Shown here piece after piece: positions 36,701 to 47,315 of a stretch of 64,000 bases of DNA. Source of the DNA: Cyanophora paradoxa CCMP329 (lineage: Eukaryota > Plantae > Glaucophyta); contig QPMI01000003.1 in the NCBI GenBank assembly GCA_004431415.1, forward strand, positions 124,001 through 188,000, read 5' to 3'. The first letter of the stretch is position 1. Every line of letters starts with the position of its first letter. Below the pieces are notes generated by a model, which made no database searches, was not told the origin of the DNA, and worked only from the letters and a program-made list of their open reading frames with translations. A program made the translations under genes and the position numbers.

Positions 36701-39700
36701 CCGCCTCGCCGTCTCCCCTGCCGCCGCCGCCGCCGCCGCCGCCGTCCCGTCGCCCCCGGCCGCCGCCGCCGCTCCGCCCGCCCCGAAGGAGGACGCCGGT
36801 GCCGGGCAGGCGAGCGGCTCCACGCCCTCCGGCTCGCCCGCGCCCGACCCTCCCCGCAGGTGCTCACGCTCCGGATCAAATCCTCGTGGGGCAACAAGAA
36901 GTACGTGGGGCTCACAGAGGTACCCCCCGCGCTCCGCAGCGCCCGCCTCGCCTCGCTCACTGCGCTCCTAGGTGGAGCTCTTCGACGTCCGGGGCGCCCA
37001 GGCGCGCCCCCGCCCGCCCCGGCGCCTGGCCCGGCCGCTCCGCCGCTGACGACCCCTCAGATCCTGGTGGACCCGACGCGGGTGGCGTCGCGGGGGACGC
37101 CCGTCAACGGCACCCGCCTCGCCAACCTCGTCAACGGCAAGACCAAGGCGCGCGCCCCCCCGCCCGCCCCGCGCAGGCCCGCCTGACGCGCCCGCGCTCG
37201 CTCGCAGACGACGAACGAGAAGCACATGTGGCTCTCGGTGCTGCCGCCTGCGCCGCAGCCGCGGGACCTGACGATCGCGCTGCCGGCCGGGGCGCCCCCC
37301 GTCGCCCGCCTCCGCATATGGAACTACAACAAGTGCACCGCCGTGCGCCCCCGCCCCGCCCCCGCCCTCGCCCACCCCCGCCTCTCTCCCCCGCGCCCTC
37401 CGAGCGGGGCCGGCGGCGGTGCGCAGGAGCTGGACAAGGGGGCGCGGGAGGTCGAGCTGCTGCTGGACGGGCGCCCCGTCTGGTCCGGCTCCGTCGCCAA
37501 GGTCCCCGCCCCACCCCGGGCCCCGGCCCGCGCCACGCCTGCAAAATGCGCGTCTGAGGCCGCTCCCCGCCCCGCCCCGCCGCAGGGCTGCGGCAACTTC
37601 CTCTTCGACTACTCTACACCCGTCCTCCTTCCCTCGGCTGCCGGCGCCGCCCCGCCCCGCCCCTCCTCCCGCGCCGCCCTCCCGACCCCCGGGCCGAAGC
37701 CCGTGCCCGCCCTCGCCGCCGCCCCCGCGCCGGGCCCGGCGCCGCTGTCGCCCGCCGACATCGCCTCGACCCTCCCGGCCCTCGCTACGAGACGGGGACC
37801 CCGCCCCAGGGCGCCCCCGGGCCTCCCGCCGGGGGCCTCCCCGCCGGGCTCGGCCTCCTCGCTGGCCCGCGCCCCGCGGCCCGCCGACTCCGACTCCGTC
37901 TCTCTCACCTCCGCCGCCTCCGCCCGCAGCGCCGGCGCCCCGCCCCGCCCCGCCTCCTCCGCCTCCGCCTCCGCCTCCGCCCCCGCCGACTCCGCCCACG
38001 CGGGGGCAAAGCCCCTCCCCATCTTCCTGCAGAAGGACGTGCCCCCCGCGCCGGCGCCCGGATCGGCATCGGGCCCCTCGCCGCGCCCCATCTGGCTGGA
38101 CGACGACGACCGGGGGCGGGGACGGCCCCGAAGGCCGCCGCGCCGGCCCCGCGCGAGGAGAGCCCCGCCGACGGCTCCCTCTCCGCCCGCCGCCGGCCCC
38201 TCTCCGGCCGCCGCGCCGGCTCGGACAACGGTTCGGCCGGCGCGCTCCGCGCCCGCCCGCCGCCCCTCGCGCTCACCGCGCCTTCCGCAGAGGCGCCGAG
38301 GGCGCCGTCGCCGGCGCCCCCGCCGACCTCTTTGGGGCCCCTCGTCGGCCGCCCCGGCCTCCGCCGGGGCGCCCCGCCGCGCCCGAAGTCGGGCCGCCGC
38401 GCCGGCTCGATTCACTCCGACGCCTCCCCGAGGCGCCGGCCGCCTCGGCCGCCGCGCTGCCGCTGCCGCCGCCGGCGCTGGACGCTCGGGATCCGTCGCC
38501 GCGCCCGTCCTCCTCCTCGTCCGCCGCCGCTGCCGCCGTCCCGCCGCGGCCGCTCAGCGCCAGCGACCGCTCGCGGCGGCGCATGCTGCCGGTCGACGCC
38601 CCGGGCCCCCGGCCCCGGCCCAGGCGCCCTTTGAGGTCCTCTCCGTCCCCGCCGACGACCCGCTCGCGAGCGCGCCGCCGCCGGCGCCGCTGCCGGCCGC
38701 TCGGCGCTCCTCGCGGGCGCGGGAGGCGGGCGGCCCCGCGCTCTTCCCGCCCCTCGACGAGGACTCGGTGGTGCTGGGCGAGGGCGGGAGCGTGAGCCTG
38801 GGGGGCGGGGGCGGGGGCCTGGCGGGGGCCGGGAGCGTGACGGCGGGGGGCCGGCTGCGGCCGCGGAACCCGATGGAGGAGTCGTGGGACTCGCTGACGT
38901 ACTTCCAGCTGAACAACCTCTCCCGCCTCGGCTCCTCCACCGTCGGCAGCCTCGCCGCCGCCGCCGCCGCCGAGGCCGGCCCCGCCCCGCCGCCCCTCGA
39001 CGAGGACGGCGCCGCGGGGGCCGACGCCCTCGAGCAGTTCCTCAGCGAGGTCCGCCCTGGACGGCGCGCTTGCTTTGCGCGCCCGTCCCTGACCCCGCAA
39101 CGCAGCGGGAGCGGCCCTCGCCGCCCCCGGCCCCCTCCGCACCGGCCCCCGGGCCGCCCCTGCCCCCCGCCTCCCAGATCCTGAAGCCGTCCCCCGGGCT
39201 CTCCCCCTCCCCGCCCCGCGCCGCGACCTCCCTGCCGCCCCAGGCCCCCTCCCCGCCCAAGCCCGACGCCCCCGCCCCCTTCGAGATCCCCCTCGCCCCC
39301 GTCGGCCAGTCCCTGGTCCGTGCGCCCCCTTTCGCATCGTACCCCTCCCTGAATGCCGTACCCCCCAGGTCGTCAACATCCTCAGCACGTGGGGCGACCC
39401 GTACTACGTTGGCCTCTCGGGCATCGAGGTCTTCGACTCCCGGGGTACCCCCGTCAAAGTCACGAGCGTGCGCGCCCACCCGTACCCCTCCTCCCCGCCA
39501 GCATCGCCCGGCTCCCTCCCCCCCACCGACGCGCGGGGGGGCAGATCCGGGCGGACCCGCCGGACATCAACGTGCTGCCGGGGTACGGGAAGGACCCGCG
39601 GACGGCGGAGAAGCTGCTGGACGGGGTGAACCGGACGTGCGACGACGTCCACGTGTGGCTGGCGCCCTTCGCCGCAGGCAAGAACCACTTCCTCTTCCTG

Positions 39701-42624
39701 GACCTGGGTGCCCCCGTCGCCCTCGGCGCCCTCCGCTTCTGGAACTACAACAAGGCGCGCCCCGCCTCGCCCTGGCGGCCCCCGAGGGGCGCGCCGCGGC
39801 TGACGCGGGCGGCAGAGCCGGATCCACGCGGCGCGCGGGGCGAGGCAGCTGCAGGTCTCGCTGGACTCGCGCGTCGTCTTCGTGGGGGAGATCGCGCGCG
39901 CCCCGGGCACCCTCACCGGCGCCGAGCGGTGCCCCCCGCCCCTCGCCCGTCGCCCGCCGAGCCCGCCCTCTCGCCCTCGCCCGAGCCGCCTGCAGGGCCG
40001 CCGAGTGCATCCTCTTCACGTCGGACGATGCCGCGCTCGAGGCCATTGACGCCTTCTACAAGTCCCGGGTTCGAGTCCGGGGAGGTTTTTTTCGCGCGCG
40101 GCTGACGCCCGACAGGGCCTTGCGGCGCCGACGGCGGCAGAGGCGGAGGCGGAGGCGGCAGCAGCGGCGGCGGCGGCGGCGGAGCGGCCGCGGACGGCGC
40201 CCAAGGCGGGGCCGGACGGGCGCCCCGTGACGTCGGCGGCGGTGCGGCCGCCGCTGTCGGCGGCGCCGTCGGCCCCATCGGCGGCGGCGGGCCCGCTGCC
40301 GGCGGGGCGGGAGCTGCGGCTGGAGGTCCTGAGCACGTGGGGGGACCCCTACTACTGCGGCCTGACGGGCCTGGAGGTGCTGGGGGCGGACGGGCGGCCC
40401 CTTGCGCTGGCCCCCGACGGCCTGGCCGCCGACCCGCGCGACCTCAACGTCATCCCGGGCCACTCCGGCGACGAGCGCACCCTCGACAAGCTGGCGCGCC
40501 CGCCCCCCGGTCCCTTGCTCCTCCTCGAAGCCCTCTTCTGAGGCGGCGGGGCGCAGGTGAACGGGACGAACGTGACGACGGACGACCGCAACATGTGGCT
40601 CACCCCCTTCACCCAGGCCCGCCCCCCCGCCCGCCCTCTTCCCCCGCCTCGGGGCCGGGGCCGACCGGCGGGGCGGCAGGGCGCCCTCCACTGGATGTCG
40701 GCCCGCCTGGCTGCGCCCGACGCGCCGCCCGTCGCCGTCTCCGCCCTCCGCGTCTACAACTACAACAAGGCAGGCCACTCCCTTGCCCTCCCTTTCGTTT
40801 CCCGCCCCGTCCCTTTCTCACCGCCTCGCAGAACTCCGACGACACGTCGCGGGGGGTACACGCTCAAACGACGCGCCCGGCCGCGCCGCGCCGCGCCGCG
40901 CCGCCGCTGAGCGCCGCGCAGGCGAAGTGCGTGCGGGTGTACGTGGACGACACGCTCGTTTCCCCCAAGGAGGGGTACGCCTCCCGCCCGCCCCGCCCCG
41001 CCCCCCTCGGCCCGGCCCGGCGCGAGCGGCGCCCTCGCAGCTTCACGTTCCGGAAGGCGCCGGGGACGGCGGCTTTTGACTTCGGGCAGACCATCCCCCT
41101 CGGCGGCCCCGCCCCGCTTGCCGCCCCTGCCCCCGTGCGCCGCCCCGCGCCGCGCCCCGAGCGCCGCTGGAGCCATCTCTCGAGCGGGGCGGGGCGGGGC
41201 GGGCAGGCGACGGCGAGGCCGGCGTCGGTGCCGGGGACGGCGAAGCGGCGCTGCGTGGGCGATGCTGTCCGCCAGGTCCGCCCCTGCCCCGCCCCGCCAC
41301 GCCCGCCGCCGCAGCCGCCCTCCAGCCACCCGGGCGGCCCGCTCACGTGCCCCGGCCGCCCGCCCGCCCGTGCAGGACTACGATCCGCCTCTCCTTCCCT
41401 CCGGCTGTGCGCCCCGCCTCGCCCCGCGCGCTCCCCGCCCTTCCCGACGCGGCGCGGGCAGACATCCTGAAGCTCGTGCTGCTCTCCACCTGGGGCGACC
41501 CGCACTACATCGGCGAGCCGGCCCCGCCCCACCCCCCCCCCCCGACGCTGTTAGCGCCGCGCCGCTCACCGGCGCCGCCGGCAGGCCTCAACGGCATCTC
41601 CGTCTGCGACGCCTCCGGCAACCCCGTCCCCATCCCCGCCTCCGGTGGCCCCCGCCCCTCTTCCCCTTCGGATCTCCGGCCTGCCTCTGACTCGGCCCGC
41701 AGCGGTCTCGGCGGTGCCGCGGAGCATCAACGAGCTGCACGGCGTCTCCGGCGACGTCCGCACGCCCGACAAGGCGCGCCGAGCCCCTCGGGGCCCGCGC
41801 TCCCGCCCCGCGCACCCCTCGCGACGCCCGCGTTCTTGCAGCTGGTGGACGGGACGAACGACACGTGGAACGACGAGCACATGTGGCTCGCCCCCTTCAC
41901 CCGCGGCCAGGCGCGCCGCACCGCCCACCCCCGCCTGCCCCGCTCTTCCGGTCGCTCTGAGCGTCGGGGCGGGGCAGCCGCACGTGGTGTACGTGGCGTT
42001 CGAGCAGCCGGTGGCGCTCTCCGTCTTCACCCTCTGGAACTACGCCAAGACGCCCGCCCGCGGCGCCCAGGACTTCGAGGCCCGCCCCGCCCCCCTCCCC
42101 TCGCGGCGCCGTTGGCGCGCCCGTTCTGACGAGGGTGAGGGGGGGCAGCTGTATGTGGACGACCTGCTGGTGTACAAGGGGGTGGCGCGGCGGGCCCCGG
42201 AGGCCAAGCCCGGCATCCAGGACGGCCAGCTCCACTTCGCCCAGGCGAGCCGCCCCCGGGCCAGGGGCCAGGACAGCGCCCCCGCCCCTCACTTTTCTGA
42301 GGCGAGGGGCGGGCGGGGCGCAGGCGGTGGTCTTCACGGACGACGCGGCGATCGTCGCCCGCGAGCGGCCCCGCGTCTCCTTCACCCCCCAGGACTCCGA
42401 GGGTCCGCCCCCTCCTCTGGTCGGCCGGGCCGGTGCTGAGGACGGGGCGGGGCGGTGCAGGGTCCGTGCTGCTCTACAACGACTCGCGCCCGATGCTCCC
42501 GACGGTCGCCTCCTCCGTGGGCGCCGCCGCCGGGGCCGGGGCGGGGCGCCCCGCCGCCTCGCCCCCGCCCGACTCGGAGCGCCCTGCCACGTCCGTCGTC
42601 GGCGGGCGCGCCCCCTCCCGCTAG
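33704..42624 (+). CDS. KATNIP: Katanin-interacting protein (KIAA0556), ciliary/basal-body protein with repeated DUF4457-type domains
   Basis: N-terminal LALLQERQRLLKKLR..ERGFNVFISGAN. Four repeats of the S(S/T)WG..YxGLxxxxV motif (SSWGNKKYVGLTE, STWGDPYYVGLSGIEV, STWGDPYYCGLTGLEV, STWGDPHYIG|LNGI), followed by HMWL/VWLAPF and (W/Y)NY(N/A)K motifs. Also ADPPDINVLPGYGKDPRT and FRKAPGTAAFDFGQ. Start codon less certain. Confidence 0.9.
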
Positions 42625-42925
42625 CCCTCACCCTGCCCCTAGCAAGCACTTCGTGCTGCGATCTCGAAGTAGACGAGTATATATATATTGATTTCGAGGT
42701 CTGCTCGTCTGAAGGGGGGTACCCAAGCAATCGGTAATCTGTACCCAGCTGCAGGAGCAGCAGAGATCAGCAGCTTGCAATTGCAGCTCAGCTCACCGCT
42801 TCTGCGCGTGCTGCGTTCGGGTCCGTGGCTGGCATGGGCACGGAAGTGTGTACTTGGAAAGATCGTTAGCTGACGCGTGCACCTGGCCTGTCGTCGGGGC
42901 TGTCGACCGGACCGTCAAGCGTATC

Positions 42926-42981
42926 GCGTTACGGCAGTTACGGGGCAGTTACTTTGAGCAGTTACTCTGAGCAGTTACTCT
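42926..42981. repeat. Tandem GCAGTTAC octamer array upstream of the kinase gene
   Basis: Perfect copies at 42934-42941, 42945-42952, 42958-42965 and 42971-42978, plus degenerate GCGTTAC at 42926-42932. Confidence 0.85.
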
Positions 42982-43192
42982 GCGTCCCGCAGCCAGGCCT
43001 AGGCCAGCCCGCGCCGTGCGCGGTCCGACAGGTCGACCGATCGAAATCCACGGCCGATTGCAGCTATAGCTAGCAGCGATCATCGACTCTCTCGTGTCTT
43101 CAGAGGCGCGCGCAGAGCGTGCTTCGCGATTCGCACTTGACGCGCAACTGCAGTCCTTGCAATTGCAATTGGCCTAGGCAACGCGTACGCGG

Positions 43193-46100
43193 ATGGCGGA
43201 TGCACATGGCGCGCGCTCCGGGTGCGCGATCGCTGCTCATGATCAACGACTCGTGATAGAGCTAACGTTGACGAGCCGCGGCCGGCGCTCGGGCAGAAGC
43301 GTCTACGTGCGGCTCTGTGCAGGATGCGTAGACACGGCCACAAACGCCGGCGTCCCGGCGGTGCAGCCGCAGCGAATCGACTCGGATACAGACGCCTTCG
43401 ACGAGAGAGCCTGCCCCCAGTGTAGGCGCCACCCGCTGATCATTGGCGACCTGCGCCGCCAGGATGTCTGCCCGGACCTCGACCAGATCGACACGGCTGT
43501 TGCACCGCTCCTGGAGTCCGACACACGGATGTACGCGCTCGAGGAGCTCCGGGGCTGCGGCAACTTCGGCTCGGTCTTCAGAGCCCGCTGCTCTGTGCTC
43601 GGCCTTCGCGGAAAACCCGTGGCAGTCAAGAAGTTAAAAAACAGCTCAAACTCGAGCTCCCGGTGTGTCCTCTTGAGAACGGGAATCGATTTTAGATCTC
43701 AGCTGACACAGCTGCAGCCACTCACTCTGGACAGCCGAGAAGGAAGTCCTTTTCCGCCTCCTCCGGTTGCGGTTCTACGGCGTCCCTGCGCTCCTAGACT
43801 TTTCGAAGGAGCACAGCGCCCTAGTGATGACCTACATCTCGGGCACGAGGTCCGTAGCGGCGAGACGCGCCTTGTGCTGGAATCAATTTAATTAATTAAT
43901 ATAATTAACTTTTATTTTCAGTATTTCAGAGTGGTTCGAAATGAAGGCTGCTTTTTACCGCTCTGAGGTCATCGCATTCCTGAGCCAGGTACGCTGACCG
44001 TGAGGGGTGGCTGCAGTGTTTATGCTCATGATCAGGTACTGCGGTACATGAGATTGCAGGCCTCTTTGATTCTCGGCTTCTTTCAAAAGAGATGGAAGAT
44101 CGTCCACCGGGACATTCACTGCGGCAACGTGCTTGCTTCAACTCCAGGAGGCCGGAATATGCAGTGAGAACATCATGATCATTTTTTGACGCAGCGCCCT
44201 CACTCTATTTAACTTTGCTGATACGTGTACGTGGTTTCATGCCCCAGGTTTATGTTGTGCGATCTTGGGCTGGCCGCAGACATGTACATGAACGATCACG
44301 AATGCAAAGAAAAACAGCTGCAGTGCAAAGGAACTCTGTGTCCGCAGAACGGGGTACCTCCCATTATTGCTTTCAATTGCTTGATTGCCATCAAAACATA
44401 TAACCTGCAGCAGAGCCGCTCTTTCGACCCGCAGTTTGACGTCTTCTGTGTGGCTCTCGTCGCTATCTCAATGCTCCTCGGCAAGGTCATTGAAGTCAAC
44501 ATGGACAGCGACGAGGCGGAGTCCCACCGGCGTGCTCTGGAGGCGGGCTCCGAGCCCTTCTCGAAAATTGATTCCAATCTCCGGGAGATCTTGTCTCAAT
44601 GTATGAAGGTGCTTCAATTTCTTATTTCAAACTCTTGCCGAGCATGCGGCTGCGTAGTTCTGACTCTAAATCTGTAATTTGTGTGACAGAGACCCGGTGA
44701 ACCTGCAGCTGATCGGATAAAGGATGCGGTGGATCTCTGGGCTGCGATGAACATGCGAGAGATGTTCAAAGAGGATATAGACTATTTTCGGCAAGGTATG
44801 GCTGCGGTCCGATTTGATTTCAGCTTGACTTTTCCATGACAACGGACATTTTGGAGGTTTTTTGCAAGGGGAGAGTGTCGCTGTTCAAGCCCAGGTGGAG
44901 GTGCTCGAGCGCGAGCTGCGCTCTGAGTTCTGCATGCGCAGACGGTAGAGCATCCTGTGTGCATATGCTGTGCGCTCTGTTCTGATCATAGATTTCTTAG
45001 ATCACAGACGCGAGAATTTACTGCCTCTTCATCAGTCGCGATATCTCAGCTGTCAGGCTTGACCTCTCAGTATCAAACAATGAGCTCGCTGTCTCAACAT
45101 CCCACGGCTGTCTACGTATCTCAGCCGGGAGCTGCAGCTGATGTCGATTTTGAATATGAGCAAATCATCGTCAGGCACCAGACTCCGAGACATCAGCTGG
45201 ATGTTCAACAGCTCGTAGAAGCGATTTGTAACTTCGCTGCGCTCAGAGTTCCAGCTCGAATTTCAGGCCTCGGCGCTACGCTCTCGTTGGTGCGCTCGGC
45301 AGTGCAAATTCGAACATGTGTAATTATATATATAAGTAAGACTGAAATAAGCTACGTATACGCAGATGGCAAGCATTGTTGTGCGCTCCATCCGCAGCGG
45401 GAGCACTATTGTCGAACTGGATTTCCCCAAGGTTCTGGCTGAAGCCATGTTCCAATCGGTCGCGAATTGGCACAACGGAGAATTGGACATTAATCTGGCC
45501 TTGCACGTACGTGAGCTTGGTATTGTTGAGATTTCTGGCAGCAACCGGCCAACATTTCGCCTCCCTGGTTCGTGGATATCCAGAACGCCAAAACTTTCTC
45601 TTTCTAGCTGGGATGTGGCTCACTCTCAATTACATGTTTCATTCAGATATCGATTCAAATGCCGAAGTCGTCTGCAGCTTTGCATGGGGCGGCGATTCCC
45701 TCGTGCTCTCAAGATTTAGAGCGGGTACATGCATGCGATCGATCGCGAGATCACTGTAGCTATCTACTACTCCAACTTGCAATCGGTATTCATTGCCCGA
45801 TGACAGGTGGAGACGCAGATCCCGCAGTCAAAGCATTGGGTTACAGCGAGACTGTCCAGCGGGGGCAGCTCATTGTGGAAGCTGGGAAAGGAGGCGTCCC
45901 GGCACAGTTGACATCAGACGACCTGATAGTACTGGCTAAGATAATCGAAGCCAACCCACAACTCAGGTGCTCGCTGTCCGCCAGCAATCTAGACCTAGAA
46001 CGGCATTAGAACCAAACTTTGCTGTTGCGCATGCACGGTACCCGGTCGACTCCTTTGCATACAGCACAATCGAGCTGAAGGTGTGCACATTGCAGTTTAT

Positions 46101-47315
46101 TTTGATATCCGTGCAGACTTGCACATTGCACTCACTGACTGAGCTTAACTGACGCAGCTTGCCGGACCGGCGCCGGCACCCTTCCAACATGCGCGTGATC
46201 ATCATTCGAAGTCGGACTTCGAAAAGGAATTCTGCGACGCCTTGGTGCTGCTCGGGCGAGCGGTGGGCGGGAGCAACCGAACAGCCCTGTGCTTGGGGCG
46301 CACCAGCATGGGCAAGTCCATCAATCTTGATATGCCTTCTTCGACTGCGGCCTGGAACAGGTTTCTGAAGGAGGCCCTCGCGTTCTCTGCGACTCCGCAA
46401 TCTTCTCTGCGGATTTTTACGCTGTGCAATTTCCGCCTTGATCACGACGGGGCAGCAGCCGTCATCAGCGCTATTTCCAACGCTGACGGTCTCGAAGTTG
46501 TTTCGATCACCAACATTGAGCTGCCAATCCCCGACCGTAGAACGCGAGAGCGCACCGATCGCGATTCGTTCAAGGAGCTGTTTTCGATCGCCGACATCGA
46601 GTTTCCAATTGCAACATCCGACCGTCGAGGGCACTCCGATTCGTTCGACGAGCTCTTTGCCGCCCTCAGCAGCCGCCCGGCCATCCATACCCTTGCCATG
46701 AGCCGTGTGACTGCAGGCTGGCACACTTCCGACACAGAAGCCCTTGCGATACAAGCACGCCGCCTCGTCGATGGGATCTGCTCCATCCTCCAAGGCGTCT
46801 GCGGGACTCTGAGAGAGCTTACTCTGCAAGAGATGAGCTTTGCACAACAGGGGAATTCGAAACAAGTTGCGGAGGCAATTGGACGTTGCGAAAGCCTGCA
46901 AGGGCTTGAGCTGCGTCAGATCATCTTGGCCCCACGCGAAGAAGACCTTACGACAAACTTTTTGACGGAGGCCTGGGACGACTTCCTCGATCCAATCAGC
47001 AATCTTCCTGCGCTCAAGCGCTTATCCCTCGAGCAAATCGAGTTCAAATTCGAACATGTGCGCATTCATGCTCGCGCTTGCCATCGCATGATTAATATTC
47101 ACATCGATATCCTGGTCGGTGCTCACATATGCAACGGGCAGATTGACATGCTTGCCTCGTGCATGCAACACAGAATGCCAGCCTTGCGGGAGTTGCGCCT
47201 TGAACAATGCTTCCAAGATACTCATAGCGCGAATGTATTTGTGCTCTGCAACGCGGCCGCTCTGCGCTGCGTGGGCCTTCCTTCTGGGGAGACCTTCACT
47301 CTCGCAATCAACTTC
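43193..47315 (+). pseudogene. 5' part of LINE-disrupted multidomain gene: protein kinase + linker + RNI-like leucine-rich repeats
   Basis: Kinase: GCGNFGSVF (43553), VAVKK, EKEVL, LVMTYISG, HRDIHCGN (44105-44128), DLG (44261), DVFCVALV, ILSQCMK..DR. LRR-like: LRIFTLCNF, LRELTLQEM, LQGLELRQI, LPALKRLSLEQI, MPALRELRLEQC. Exons join in frame via GT-AG introns up to ...ETFTLAINF at 47315. Confidence 0.8.
47302..47315 (+). repeat. Left copy of 14-bp target-site duplication TCGCAATCAACTTC
   Basis: Identical 14-mer at 55595-55608, on the other side of the LINE. Confidence 0.95.

Noticed and set aside
42926-42981. CRISPR-like array
   Set aside because: 8-bp repeats with 3-5 bp spacers, no cas genes, eukaryotic context.
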